A stretch of 64,000 bases of DNA from Limosilactobacillus gorillae (GTDB lineage: Bacteria; Pseudomonadota; Alphaproteobacteria; CAAGCB01; CAG-977): positions 1,927-65,926 of the forward strand of contig CAVCSV010000009.1 of assembly GCA_963604715.1 (NCBI GenBank), in the 5' to 3' direction. This document shows, piece by piece, positions 40,946 through 51,141 of this stretch. Every line of letters begins with the position of its first letter. Position 1 is the stretch's first letter. A model generated the notes under the pieces. That model was not told the origin of the DNA. It saw only the letters and a program-made list of their open reading frames with translations, and made no database searches. The translations under genes and the position numbers were made by a program.

Positions 40946-41725
40946 ATGTTCAGACTGTTGTTCATTTTGTTGTTCGCTTTCAAAACGGCAATCGCCGCGC
41001 CCGTATCGCACGAAGCCGTTTATAAAATTTCGTTGGCTTCGACGGCGGGCGGCGCGGACAGCGTTGTCGGCGCGGACGGCACAATGCGCTACCGCGTGCA
41101 AAAAGTATGCGATGCGTGGCAGACGGAAACCGTGTTTTCTTTGAATGTCAGCCGCGAACTGGCGGGGGTCGAAACGACGCATTGGAAGCAGACGACGACG
41201 GAAACCCTTGACGGCTGCCGTTTCGATTTCACCGTTTTTGTGCGCGAAAACGGGCGGGACAGAAAAGACCTGTCGGGACATGCGCAGTGCGAAAACGGCA
41301 AAAAACGGCTGTTCGTCGATTATCCCGTCGCTTTGCAGGCGGATTTTCCCAAAACCGTCCTGTTTCCTTTGGAACAAACCGTTACTTGGCTGAATGCCGC
41401 CGCAGAGGGCAAAAAAAGCTTTTCGTCCTATGTTTTCGATGGCACGAAAGCGGACGCGCTGATGTCCCTGAACGCCGTTGTTTCCGATCGCGACGTCAAG
41501 AACAAAAGCCGCCGTTTCGATTTTGCCTTTTTTCCCGCGGGCAAAGGACAAAAAACCGACGGAACGCCGCTGTACGAAAGTTCGTCCCTGTATTACGACA
41601 ACGGCGTTGCGGACGACATCCGTCAGGATTTCGGCACTTACGTTCTGCAATCGAAATTGAAAAGCTTTAAACGCCTGCAAGACATCCCTTGCGAACGGCG
41701 TGGAATCCGTGCTATAAGAAAGTAA
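40946..41725 (+). CDS. EipB-like / DUF1849 periplasmic protein (alphaproteobacterial envelope-integrity family)
   Basis: 259 aa, signal peptide, paired Cys. Recognised by eye as DUF1849-like. Confidence 0.5.
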   Translation: MFRLLFILLFAFKTAIAAPVSHEAVYKISLASTAGGADSVVGADGTMRYRVQKVCDAWQTETVFSLNVSRELAGVETTHWKQTTTETLDGCRFDFTVFVRENGRDRKDLSGHAQCENGKKRLFVDYPVALQADFPKTVLFPLEQTVTWLNAAAEGKKSFSSYVFDGTKADALMSLNAVVSDRDVKNKSRRFDFAFFPAGKGQKTDGTPLYESSSLYYDNGVADDIRQDFGTYVLQSKLKSFKRLQDIPCERRGIRAIRK

Positions 41726-41753
41726 ACCGTTTATTAATTTCAAGGATTGTCCT

Positions 41754-42632
41754 TTGACAAACGAAGTGCCTTATATCGCAGGGTTGCGGAACGTTGCGCC
41801 GCTGTATGACGCTTTTATCGTTGATTTATGGGGTGTTGTGTATGAAGAACAACGCTTGTGCGTCGGCGTGTTCAACGCGCTGTCCCAGCTCAGCGACGCG
41901 GGAAAGCAGGTGATTTTCCTGTCCAACACGGCATCGCGTTCCGCGGATACCGCCAAAAAATTGGAACGGATGGGCGTCAAACGCTATCAATACCGCGGCA
42001 TTTTGACGTCGGGCGAAATCATTTACCATGAATTGCGCGCCAGAATCGACCCGTTTTTCAACAATTTGGGGCGGCGCTGTTTTCATTTGGGACCCGAAAG
42101 ATATTGGCAGTCTTTTGCCGATTTGGGATACGCTTTGGTTCAAAACATCGACGACGCGGATTTTATTTTGCTGACGGGGACGTTCGGCACGCAGGACACG
42201 CTGTCCAAATACGAACCGTTTTTCAAAGCCTGTCTGTCCAGACGGCTGCCGATGATTTGCGCCTGTCCCGATTCCTTTATTTTAAAGGACGGTGTTGCGC
42301 ATCTGGCGGCGGGGGCGATTGCCGCGCAGTATCAAAGTATGGGGGGAACCGTGTTTTGGCACGGAAAACCCGAAGCGTCCGTTTTTGAATACTGCGTGTC
42401 GGGATTGGACGTGTCGGACAAATCGCGTGTCGCAGTTGTAGGTGATTCCTTGTCTTCGGACATTCACGGCGCGAATATGGCGGGATTGGACGCGCTGTTT
42501 GTCGCGGGCGGCATTCATGCCAAAGAATTGGGCATCAGCCGCGGGCAACAGCCCGACGCCGAACGCGTCGCCGATTTGCTGGCGCGTCATGATTGCACGG
42601 TGCGCGCCGTTTTGCCCGCTTTTGTGTGGTAA
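41754..42632 (+). CDS. HAD-superfamily class IIA hydrolase
   Basis: 292 aa. DLWGVVY near the N-terminus (DxxG HAD motif I), C-terminal GDSLSSD. Confidence 0.7.
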   Translation: MTNEVPYIAGLRNVAPLYDAFIVDLWGVVYEEQRLCVGVFNALSQLSDAGKQVIFLSNTASRSADTAKKLERMGVKRYQYRGILTSGEIIYHELRARIDPFFNNLGRRCFHLGPERYWQSFADLGYALVQNIDDADFILLTGTFGTQDTLSKYEPFFKACLSRRLPMICACPDSFILKDGVAHLAAGAIAAQYQSMGGTVFWHGKPEASVFEYCVSGLDVSDKSRVAVVGDSLSSDIHGANMAGLDALFVAGGIHAKELGISRGQQPDAERVADLLARHDCTVRAVLPAFVW

Positions 42633-42974
42633 TCAATACGCGGGAATCAAAACGGGCTTGTCGCGGCATTCGAACGTCGCGCGGCGGAAATTGTGCCTGT
42701 TCGTCAGCTGCATGTCGACCAAAATCGTATCGCGCCCTTTGCCTGCGCAAAAACGCTTGGCATGGTCGCCCAGCTGCGACAATTTGATGTTGCGGTCGTT
42801 GTATTCGTAAGCAATCCGTTTTTCTTTGACGTCGGCAACGCGGATGTCGTCCGTTTTTAAAATCAGCAAATCGGAATCGACCGCCGTCACCGTCTGCGGC
42901 AATTTGTCATCGGGAATTTCGGCAAAATAGGCGCACCCTGTCAGCCCCAAAAGCAGCAAGAACGTTTTTTTCAT
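42633..42974 (-). CDS. small lipoprotein, hypothetical
   Basis: MKKTFLLLLGLTGC lipobox. 113 aa. Confidence 0.5.
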   Translation of the reverse strand: MKKTFLLLLGLTGCAYFAEIPDDKLPQTVTAVDSDLLILKTDDIRVADVKEKRIAYEYNDRNIKLSQLGDHAKRFCAGKGRDTILVDMQLTNRHNFRRATFECRDKPVLIPAY

Positions 42975-43459
42975 TTCAATCCTCCGTCCGCCGCACGGTT
43001 TTGTCCCGATTTCAGCCGTTTGATTCGGTCAATCAAGGCGTCGCGCTCCGTTTTGCGCGTGGCGTCCACCTGCCGACGATGTTCGTCGATTTCCCTTTCG
43101 TTGGCGGGAACGCCCGTTTCCTTGTTCAGCGAATAAGTGAACACTTTGTCGCCGTTTTGATTGAACAAGTCGAAAACAACCGTTTTTTCACCGACCTTCA
43201 CGTCTTTTTCGGATAAAACGACGCCATGGTTTTTAAAGCGGTCTTTGACGAAATCGACGACATAAGTTTTGATTTGCGCGTCCGTGCGTTTTGTCACGAC
43301 CGCGCCCGACGCGTCGCGTTCATACAGCAAATCGCCCAAACCGCCCAGTTCGGAACAGCCGTAATCCTTGCCTTTCGGACCGTCGAAACCGCCCGAACAC
43401 AACGCGTTCGCCGTCAGGGGACACAACGCCAGCGCCAAAATCAAAGCCTTTGTTTTCAT
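42971..43459 (-). CDS. small secreted protein, hypothetical
   Basis: Start MKTKALILALALCPLTANA. Stop overlaps the next gene. Confidence 0.5.
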   Translation of the reverse strand: MKTKALILALALCPLTANALCSGGFDGPKGKDYGCSELGGLGDLLYERDASGAVVTKRTDAQIKTYVVDFVKDRFKNHGVVLSEKDVKVGEKTVVFDLFNQNGDKVFTYSLNKETGVPANEREIDEHRRQVDATRKTERDALIDRIKRLKSGQNRAADGGLK

Positions 43460-43460
43460 G

Positions 43461-43838
43461 TTATTTTTCCTCGTAAGAAATGCGGCTGAGTATGTTTTGT
43501 TTTCGTCTGTCGGACAATCTGTCGAATTCGGGATTGTCGACATCGATTTTCAGGACTTTGTCCTCGTCTTCCTCTTTAAATATTTTCAATCCCGTCTGTT
43601 TGATGCCCCCCTGCGTTTCGGATTGGGCGGAAAGCGAAACGGGGGAGTTTTCCGCTTTTTGGTTTTCGGCGGCGACGGACTGAGGCGCGTCGGCGCGCCG
43701 ATAAACAGGTTTCGGACGGACGGCGACACCCTGAGGATGCGCCTGCCTGCCTTGCATGCTGCGCGCGCGCAAATCGACCATTTGCGCTTCGGCACAGAAA
43801 CAAAACAGCAAAGCGGACAAAAAAACGGCTTTAAACAT
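43461..43838 (-). CDS. small secreted Pro-rich protein with DLRARS motif
   Basis: Signal peptide MFKAVFLSALLFCFCAEA, then QMVDLRARSMQG. Confidence 0.5.
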   Translation of the reverse strand: MFKAVFLSALLFCFCAEAQMVDLRARSMQGRQAHPQGVAVRPKPVYRRADAPQSVAAENQKAENSPVSLSAQSETQGGIKQTGLKIFKEEDEDKVLKIDVDNPEFDRLSDRRKQNILSRISYEEK

Positions 43839-44175
43839 CGGGAAGAGCCTGCGGATTGTTTTTCAGATACTCTTTGACATCGTCCGAATCCTTTGCCGTT
43901 TCACGGGCGGGGTTGGACGGTGCGGATTGAACGGGCGGCGGCGCGGTATAATACTGCGGCGGCGGCACGGGATAGGGTTGAACCGTCGGCTGCAAAGGCG
44001 TCCCCGTCAGCTGGGATGTTTCACCGCTTTGCGCGGCGGCGGGCTGAGCCGTCACGACACCCAATCCGCCGCGCTGACTGCGCGCGCGCAAATCAATCAG
44101 CGGATAGCGGGAAGAATCGAACGCTTCCACCGTCAAGGGGAAAAAACTCAGCAAAAACAGCACCATTTGTTTCAT
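43831..44175 (-). CDS. small secreted Pro-rich protein with DLRARS motif (paralog of the preceding gene)
   Basis: Start MKQMVLFLLSFFPLTVEA (AAGAGG RBS), then PLIDLRARSQRGG. Confidence 0.5.
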   Translation of the reverse strand: MKQMVLFLLSFFPLTVEAFDSSRYPLIDLRARSQRGGLGVVTAQPAAAQSGETSQLTGTPLQPTVQPYPVPPPQYYTAPPPVQSAPSNPARETAKDSDDVKEYLKNNPQALPDV

Positions 44176-44279
44176 AAACAGCCTCTTGTCCCGCATTTTA
44201 CATTTCTTTTGCCCAAAGTGCAATTTTTTAAATTACTTGCGCCCGCTTTGTATGGTATAGTGATTCGCAATTAAACGGG

Positions 44280-45113
44280 ATGCCTTTGATGAAAACACAT
44301 GAACTGCTGAAAAAAGCCAAAGAAAAAGCCGCCTTTGCGGCGCATTTGATTGCCCGCAAAGCCGCGGAGGTTCGGCAATCCGAACGCCTTGCGCGGCTGA
44401 AAACGGCGCTGAAACCCGAAAACCTGCGCCCGAAAGCGATAAAAGCGCGTGACTTCATCGTCAAATTCACCAAAGAACAGCCGCGCACGGCAGGCTTCAT
44501 TTATGTTTGTCTGTTTTGCGCTTTTTTCATCACTTTTTTGGACGAACCGATTGCGCGGGCGCGTTTGGCGCACCGTGCCGAAAGCGCGTGGACGACCGTA
44601 GCGGCTTTGAATCCGTCGGGCTGGTGGTTTCCGATTTTGATTGCCGTCGGGCTGGCGTACACGATTGCGGCGGGATTGTCCCTGACGACCGAGGCATTTG
44701 AACGCAACATTCTGAAAACAAAGAAAATCCTGTTTGTTTTGCTGACGCTGTCCATGTCGTCGCTGCTGACGGTGTTTTTCAACATTCTGGTCGGACGCTA
44801 TACGCCCGAATTTTTGGAAACCATGCATTTGTACGGATTTGCGTCGTTCCGTTTCCGCCTGACGGAAACGTCTTTTCCCAGTTTCGGCGTGCAAAGCGTC
44901 TGGGCGGTGGCTTTGGCGGCGGGCGGTTATTGTCCGAATTTCAAAAAAGTGTTCATCGGCGTTGCCGCGGTTATGACGGCGGCGTATCCGATTGCCGCGG
45001 ACTGTTTTGTCAGCGATGCGGCAATGGGGGCGTACATCGGGATTTTAATGTATTCCGCCGCCCGCTGGGTCGTTTCGGAAGACCGCGAAAACACGCCGCT
45101 GTTCACGCGTTAA
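44280..45113 (+). CDS. integral membrane protein, possibly a divergent PAP2-like phosphatase
   Basis: 277 aa, 5-6 TM helices. The PAP2 motifs are weak, so the call is low confidence. Confidence 0.4.
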   Translation: MPLMKTHELLKKAKEKAAFAAHLIARKAAEVRQSERLARLKTALKPENLRPKAIKARDFIVKFTKEQPRTAGFIYVCLFCAFFITFLDEPIARARLAHRAESAWTTVAALNPSGWWFPILIAVGLAYTIAAGLSLTTEAFERNILKTKKILFVLLTLSMSSLLTVFFNILVGRYTPEFLETMHLYGFASFRFRLTETSFPSFGVQSVWAVALAAGGYCPNFKKVFIGVAAVMTAAYPIAADCFVSDAAMGAYIGILMYSAARWVVSEDRENTPLFTR

Positions 45114-45742
45114 TCCTTTAAAATCGTTTCCAGCGCCGTTTTGTTAAGCTTTATCAATTCGTATTCGTCGGGCGTCACGGGCGCGCGGGACTGCGTGGCG
45201 TTTTGCACTTCACGGATGTTGCGGTAATACTGCGCCATCAGTTGCTTTCTTTTTTCGGGTGCAAGCGAAGAATTCATCCGCGTTTCGTTGATTCGCCGCT
45301 GCAAATGTCCCGTCAGGTTGGCGCGGCGTTCTTCCTGCCGCAAAACGGACAGAGTCAAACGGAACTTGCGTTCCAGCAAAAAGAATCTGTCCGCCGCCCA
45401 GCCGTGTTCATCCGCCCAGCGCACGACGGCGACGGGATAGTCCAGCCGACGCGAAACGCCCAAATACGCCACGGCTTTGTACTGGTTGTTGCCCTCTTTC
45501 AGCCAGCGGGAGTATTTCCGCCAATCGCGGGCGAAGCGGCGCAATTCTTCGAACGTTACGGGGTCGGTCGCCAACAGGTCTTTGTCGGGCATGGGGGATG
45601 CTTCCTTGGGCGGGGCGCGCCGTTCGGATTTGTTTTTCTGTTCGGAAAAACTGCGCGCCGTTCCCACCATGTCGGGCGAATAGATTTCCGCCCGCGCGGG
45701 AACAGCCGCCAAAATCATAATCAGAAAAATCACCGTTTTCAC
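45110..45742 (-). CDS. hypothetical secreted protein
   Basis: 210 aa with N-terminal signal peptide MKTVIFLIMILAAVPARA. Confidence 0.5.
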   Translation of the reverse strand: MKTVIFLIMILAAVPARAEIYSPDMVGTARSFSEQKNKSERRAPPKEASPMPDKDLLATDPVTFEELRRFARDWRKYSRWLKEGNNQYKAVAYLGVSRRLDYPVAVVRWADEHGWAADRFFLLERKFRLTLSVLRQEERRANLTGHLQRRINETRMNSSLAPEKRKQLMAQYYRNIREVQNATQSRAPVTPDEYELIKLNKTALETILKD

Positions 45743-45801
45743 TTTAATTATTCCCCCGGCAAAAAAATTCGGCTATGATTATAGCACAAGAGGGTTAAGA
45801 A

Positions 45802-46560
45802 ATGAAACGGCTTTGTTTTCTGGCGGATAAAACTGAATTGGCGCAATCGGCGGCTGAAAAGCTGAAAGCCTTGTACGGACAGACAGCCGTCGCCAAAGCC
45901 GATGCTTTAATCGTTTTGGGCGGCGACGGGTTTTTACTGCAAACCATGCACAAACATATCGGCAAAGGCATTCCGTTTTACGGGATGAACTGCGGCAGTA
46001 TCGGATTTTTGCTGAACAAATATCGCGAGGACGGTTTGCCCGAACGGCTGGACAAAGCGGGGCGGGTTACTTTGCGCCCGCTGGAAATGATTGCCGAAAA
46101 TCAAAACAAAACGCTTAAAGCCCTTGCCTTGAACGAAGTGTCTTTGCTGCGGCAAAGCTGTCAGACCGCCGACATTTCGATTTGCGTCGACGGCGCGGAA
46201 AAAATTGCGGACTTGATTTGCGACGGCGTGCTGGTGTCCACCCCCGCGGGCAGTACGGCGTACAACCTGTCGGCGCACGGTCCGATTTTGCCCTTGACGT
46301 CCAATGTTTTGGCGCTGACTCCCATCAGTCCGTTCCGTCCCCGCCGCTGGCACGGCGCAATTTTGCCGCGTCACGTCACCGTTTCGTTTGAAATCCGGCA
46401 AAAGGACAAACGTCCCGTCAGCGCGGTTGCCGACTTTACGGAACTGCGCAACGTGTCGCGGGTTACAGTCAGGGAAGCCGAAAATATCGGCATCACCCTG
46501 CTGTTCGAACCCGATTACAATTTGGAAGACCGCGTTCTGGACGAACAGTTTTTAAGTTAG
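45802..46560 (+). CDS. nadK: NAD kinase
   Basis: GGDG motif VLGGDGFLL, NCGSIGFL, DGVLVSTPAGSTAYNLSAHGPI. Confidence 0.85.
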   Translation: MKRLCFLADKTELAQSAAEKLKALYGQTAVAKADALIVLGGDGFLLQTMHKHIGKGIPFYGMNCGSIGFLLNKYREDGLPERLDKAGRVTLRPLEMIAENQNKTLKALALNEVSLLRQSCQTADISICVDGAEKIADLICDGVLVSTPAGSTAYNLSAHGPILPLTSNVLALTPISPFRPRRWHGAILPRHVTVSFEIRQKDKRPVSAVADFTELRNVSRVTVREAENIGITLLFEPDYNLEDRVLDEQFLS

Positions 46561-46591
46561 TTTTCAATATAACCGCATCAAAGGGGAAAAT

Positions 46592-47221
46592 ATGTTAAAA
46601 AGATTTTTTGTTTTATTGACGCTGACGCTTGTCGGCGCGTGCGCGTGTCCTTTGACACCCCAAGACGGCGATTTGCTGCGCGCGACGAAGCAGTTTCAGC
46701 CCGAATTGTTCAACTACGGGGCGCGCGGCGTTGTCATTTTGTCGATGTCGGACAATGTTTCGGACGACGGCTGGTTCGGCAAAAACTACACAGATACGGT
46801 AAAAATCAAAAACAAGAACACGAACGATGTCTTTTTCCTCAGCACGAAAAAAGGGAAAAACGATTTTGACACCGCCATGCTGCCCGTTGGACGCTACACC
46901 GTCGATTCCCTGTATTTGGTTTATGTGTACCAAACTACGGAACAGTACGGCAACACGACCTACGTCACAACGCACGTTGAAACGGACGAAGGCTATGAAA
47001 ACGGAAAGAAAATATCGTTTGACGTCCGCGCGGGCGAAGTTGCTTATTTGGGGCATTTCGACCTCATAAAACGGAAAATCAGCCTGACGGACAACGACGA
47101 CGCGACCGTAAACGATTTCGAACTGACCGACAAATCAAGCGCGATTTCCGCAGAGCAAAAATCCCTGTGGAAAAAACAATTCGGCAAAGATTTCGTCGCG
47201 CGCAAAGCAAGCGTTAAATAA
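46592..47221 (+). CDS. hypothetical lipoprotein/exported protein
   Basis: MLKRFFVLLTLTLVGACAC N-terminus. Confidence 0.5.
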   Translation: MLKRFFVLLTLTLVGACACPLTPQDGDLLRATKQFQPELFNYGARGVVILSMSDNVSDDGWFGKNYTDTVKIKNKNTNDVFFLSTKKGKNDFDTAMLPVGRYTVDSLYLVYVYQTTEQYGNTTYVTTHVETDEGYENGKKISFDVRAGEVAYLGHFDLIKRKISLTDNDDATVNDFELTDKSSAISAEQKSLWKKQFGKDFVARKASVK

Positions 47222-47236
47222 GCAAAGGAACATTCC

Positions 47237-47608
47237 ATGAAAAAAATTTTGTTTACGGCTTTGTTTTTTCTGACCGCCTGCAGTGCGACAACGGGCAATG
47301 TGCGTTTGGGCGACAGCCGCTTTGAAATCAACGAACAGATGAAAAACGTCAAAACGGTTGACGATGCCGACGCGTTGTTCGGCAAGCATTATTTGCGTTT
47401 TGCCAAAAACGGAAAAGACTGCTACGAATATCGCCGAGTCAGCGGTTCGGGACGTTATTTTTGGCTGTTTCCCGTTTTGGGAAAAATCGTTTCCCTGTTT
47501 CAAGACCCCTATGTGTACGAACAGACAAGCCTATTCGTTTTGTCCGACAAATCGGGCAAAGTGAACGGCTACGACATTATCGAAACGAAAGGCACAATCC
47601 CCGAATAA
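47237..47608 (+). CDS. hypothetical lipoprotein
   Basis: MKKILFTALFFLTAC lipobox. 123 aa. Confidence 0.5.
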   Translation: MKKILFTALFFLTACSATTGNVRLGDSRFEINEQMKNVKTVDDADALFGKHYLRFAKNGKDCYEYRRVSGSGRYFWLFPVLGKIVSLFQDPYVYEQTSLFVLSDKSGKVNGYDIIETKGTIPE

Positions 47609-47625
47609 ACCGATTGAGCCGGCAT

Positions 47626-47668
47626 AAAACAAGACCCCGCGTTGAATTCCCGCGGGGTCGTTTTTTTT
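47626..47668. terminator. bidirectional terminator between the lipoprotein gene and tyrS
   Basis: GACCCCGCG-ttgaattcc-CGCGGGGTC followed by a T8 run. Confidence 0.75.
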
Positions 47669-47669
47669 G

Positions 47670-48914
47670 TCAGGCTTTGACCAATCCGTGCTTTTTCTTG
47701 CCGACGGACAGTTTGATTTGTCCGTCTTTGACGTCTGCGGCGGTCAAAACGATGTTGTCGCCCGATACGGCGGCGTCGTTGATTTTCACGCCGTTTTGCG
47801 CAATCAGCCGTTTCGCTTCGCCTTTGCTGGCGACCAGTTTCAGCTGTAACAAAGCTTCGGTCAGCGGCATATTTTCCGTAAAGGCGATAACGGGCAAATC
47901 GCCGCCCGCGGCACCCTCTTCGAACGTTTTGCGCGCGGTTTCGGCGGCGGCTGTCGCGGCGTCCTGTCCGCGGCAGATTTTTGTCGCTTCGAACGCAAGG
48001 ATTTTCTTGGCTTCGTTGATTTCCTTGTCTTTCAAAGCTTCCAAACGGCGTACTTCGTCCATCGGCAAATCGGTGAAAATGCGCAGGCATTTGCCCACGT
48101 CCGCATCGCCGACGTTGCGGAAGTACTGGTAATAGTCGTAAGACGGCAGTTTTTCGTCGTTAATCCAAACGGCGTTGCCCTCGGACTTGCCCATTTTCTT
48201 GCCCGCCGAATCGGTGATAATCGGGCAGGTGAAGCCGAACAGTTCGACGTCGTACTTGCGCCGACCCAGCTCCGTTCCCGACGTGATGTTGCCCCATTGA
48301 TCCGACCCCGCCATTTGCGCGCGGCAGCCGTATTGCTTATAAAGCTGGCAGAAATCGTAGCCTTGCAAAAGCTGGTAGTTGAATTCCAAAAACGACATCT
48401 GCTGTTCCCTGTCCAAGCGCGCTTTGACGCTTTCCATGGTCAGCATGCGGTTGACGGAGTAATATGTTCCGACGTCGCGCAGGAATTCCAGATAATTGAT
48501 GTCGCGGAACCAGTCGTAGTTGTCCACCATGACCGCGCCGTTCGCCGTGTCGTCGAAGCGGATGAACTTGGAGTAGGATTTTTTCAGTCCCGCTTCGTTG
48601 TGCGCGATGGTTTCGGCGGTCATAAAGGGGCGCAGTTTGTCCTTGCCCGACGGGTCGCCGATTCGCGCGGTCGCGCCGCCGACCAGCATCAGCGGCTTGT
48701 TGCCCAGTTTTTGGAACCAGCGCATCATCATCACGGGCACCAGATGTCCGACGTGCAGACTGTCCCCCGTCGGGTCGGAGCCAAGGTACGCGACGGCGGG
48801 CTTGCCCGATTTTTCGCACTCGCTCAAATAATCGTCAAAGCCCTGTTCGTTGGTGCATTGGTTGACGAATCCGCGTTCCGACAGGATGTTCAGCAATTCG
48901 GATTTAAACGGCAT
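47670..48914 (-). CDS. tyrS: tyrosine--tRNA ligase
   Basis: HIGH (HVGHLVP) and KMSKS (KMGKS) motifs, C-terminal S4 domain. 414 aa. Confidence 0.95.
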   Translation of the reverse strand: MPFKSELLNILSERGFVNQCTNEQGFDDYLSECEKSGKPAVAYLGSDPTGDSLHVGHLVPVMMMRWFQKLGNKPLMLVGGATARIGDPSGKDKLRPFMTAETIAHNEAGLKKSYSKFIRFDDTANGAVMVDNYDWFRDINYLEFLRDVGTYYSVNRMLTMESVKARLDREQQMSFLEFNYQLLQGYDFCQLYKQYGCRAQMAGSDQWGNITSGTELGRRKYDVELFGFTCPIITDSAGKKMGKSEGNAVWINDEKLPSYDYYQYFRNVGDADVGKCLRIFTDLPMDEVRRLEALKDKEINEAKKILAFEATKICRGQDAATAAAETARKTFEEGAAGGDLPVIAFTENMPLTEALLQLKLVASKGEAKRLIAQNGVKINDAAVSGDNIVLTAADVKDGQIKLSVGKKKHGLVKA

Positions 48915-49004
48915 CGGTTAAATTCCTTTTGTATTTTGTTAAACCTTTTTCTGTACGATTTGTATCAGCATTGATTTACAAACTCAAGAGAGAAACGGGA
49001 AAAT

Positions 49005-50120
49005 ATGGAAGTCATCAAGCCTTTGACGGCGCTGGGTTTAATGAGCGGAACATCCATGGACGGCGTGGACGCCGCCCTGCTGGTTACGGACGGGGTTGAC
49101 GTGTTCGATTTCGGCAAAGCGCTGAATCGCCCCTACGATATGGAAATGCGCGCGGATTTGCGTTCGATTACGGGCAAAGGCGCGCAAGCCGACGCCGAAA
49201 AAGTCAAAGACATCGAACGCCGCCTGACTCTGTTTCACGCCGATGTCGCCAAAGAGTTGATGGACTCCGCGGGATTGCGGGCGCAGGATGTCGACGTCAT
49301 CGGCTTTCACGGGCAAACCGTTTACCACAACGCGGCGGAACATCTGTCCGTGCAAATCGGCGACGGCGATTTGCTTGCCGCCGAAACGGGCGTATGCGTC
49401 GTCAACCGTTTCCGCAATTCCGACATTGCGAACGGAGGGCAGGGCGCGCCATTGATGCCGTCCTATTACGCCGCTTTGGCGCAGAATTTGGAAAAGCCGA
49501 TTGCCGTTTTGAACATCGGCGGAATTTCGACCTTGACGTGGATAGGCGGAAACGGTGAACTGGTCGCGTTCGACACGGGTCCGGGAAACGCCCCGATTGA
49601 CGATTGGATGATGAAAAAGCACGGTTCGACCATGGACTTTGACGGCGCAATGGCGGCGACGGGCGCGGTTGACGAAAAAATCGTGTCAAGAATGCTGAAG
49701 CGTCCCTATTTCGACCAAAAGCCGCCCAAAACCGTCGACCGCGACGAATTTTCCGCCCGCTTGGCTGAAAACACCGAGGGCTTGAGCGTTGCGGACGGCG
49801 CGGCGACTTTGACGGCTTTTTGCGCGGAATGCGTCGTCAAAGCGCGCGATTTTCTGCCCGAAGAACCCAAACGCTGGATTGTTTGCGGCGGCGGAGCGCA
49901 CAATCCGACTTTGATGCGGATGATTCGCCAGCGGCTGAACGCCCCCGTCAACATCGCGCGCGACGTCAAATGGGACGGCGATTTCATCGAAGCGCAGGGC
50001 TTTGCGTTCCTTGCCGTGAAAAGTTTGTTCGGCTTGCCGTTTTCGTTCCCGTCGACAACGGGCGTGCCCCATTCGATGTGCGGCGGCATGCGTCACGACG
50101 CGCCTAAAAAAATCCGCTAA
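49005..50120 (+). CDS. anmK: anhydro-N-acetylmuramic acid kinase
   Basis: 371 aa. N-terminal GLMSGTSMDGVDAAL is an AnmK signature. Confidence 0.85.
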   Translation: MEVIKPLTALGLMSGTSMDGVDAALLVTDGVDVFDFGKALNRPYDMEMRADLRSITGKGAQADAEKVKDIERRLTLFHADVAKELMDSAGLRAQDVDVIGFHGQTVYHNAAEHLSVQIGDGDLLAAETGVCVVNRFRNSDIANGGQGAPLMPSYYAALAQNLEKPIAVLNIGGISTLTWIGGNGELVAFDTGPGNAPIDDWMMKKHGSTMDFDGAMAATGAVDEKIVSRMLKRPYFDQKPPKTVDRDEFSARLAENTEGLSVADGAATLTAFCAECVVKARDFLPEEPKRWIVCGGGAHNPTLMRMIRQRLNAPVNIARDVKWDGDFIEAQGFAFLAVKSLFGLPFSFPSTTGVPHSMCGGMRHDAPKKIR

Positions 50121-50181
50121 AAAACGCTTGATTGGAATGCGAAACAAGACTAAATCCTTTGTCAACGAAGTTTTTTAAAGG

Positions 50182-51078
50182 ATGATGTCAATGAACGAAG
50201 AAGATTACGGCAAAATCATCGAAGCCCACGCCCATGTCGGAACGTGGTGCGCGGATAACGCGGACTTTACGGCGGACGCTTTGAACGCCGCGATGGCGGA
50301 ACCCTTTACGGTGTCGATTAACGGCGAGGAAGAGGAAAACGAAGTCGTCGCCATTATGGTTTCCAATATGAGCGGCATCGACTTGAAACCCGACGGTTCG
50401 CCCAAAATCACCGAAGACGAAGCCAACCTTGAAATGTTGGAAATCGCCGCCGAAAATCCCAAGTTCAAAACGCTGATTGTCGGCCAGCCCGGCTACGGCG
50501 ACGCCGAAAATCTGGCGAATTTGATTGAGGAACGCGGCGACGAAATCTACGGCATCAAACTGCATCCCAACACGCTACACCTGAACGCGAACGATCCGCA
50601 GTACGAACCGTATATGGAAGTCGCGCAGGAATACGGTCTGCCCGTTTTGTTCCATTCGCAGGACGATTATTCCGACCCGATGTACATTTACGAAACCGCG
50701 TCGAAATACCCTGAAGTCCCGACCATTATGGCGCATTTGGGCATGGGCGACGACGCGAACCATTGGTATACTTTGGGCATTCTGCAATCCGCGATTAAAT
50801 CGGAAACGGCGAACCTGTACGCCGACGTGTCGTGGCTGTCCCCCGAAATGATTGTCGCGATTTTGAACCGCGCGGACGAAGACACGATTTCGCATCTGAT
50901 GTTCGGCACGGACATTCCTTTGGGACCGTTCGGCGACCCCGCGACCTATCCGTACCGCGTCAGCGAAGTCAAGTCGGCGATTGCCTCCGCTTTCGACGAG
51001 GAAGAAGCGCAGGAACTCATCCACCGTTTATTCTATCAAAACGCGTACGATTTGTTTTTTGCGGGTCGCGAAGAATAA
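50182..51078 (+). CDS. amidohydrolase-2 family metal-dependent hydrolase
   Basis: HAH (EAHAHVG), KLHP, LFHS, AHLG and FGTDIP motifs point to a TIM-barrel amidohydrolase. Confidence 0.6.
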   Translation: MMSMNEEDYGKIIEAHAHVGTWCADNADFTADALNAAMAEPFTVSINGEEEENEVVAIMVSNMSGIDLKPDGSPKITEDEANLEMLEIAAENPKFKTLIVGQPGYGDAENLANLIEERGDEIYGIKLHPNTLHLNANDPQYEPYMEVAQEYGLPVLFHSQDDYSDPMYIYETASKYPEVPTIMAHLGMGDDANHWYTLGILQSAIKSETANLYADVSWLSPEMIVAILNRADEDTISHLMFGTDIPLGPFGDPATYPYRVSEVKSAIASAFDEEEAQELIHRLFYQNAYDLFFAGREE

Positions 51079-51141
51079 TTCCGTAAGTTTTTATCCTTTT
51101 CTTCCGTTTAACAAACAGAGCTTGACGGAGAGAGAACAACA

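Noticed and set aside
37816-41743. Minus-strand ORFs 37816-39714 (632 aa) and 39821-41743 (640 aa)
   Set aside because: Antisense to tkt, fba and the EipB-like gene, with no motifs.
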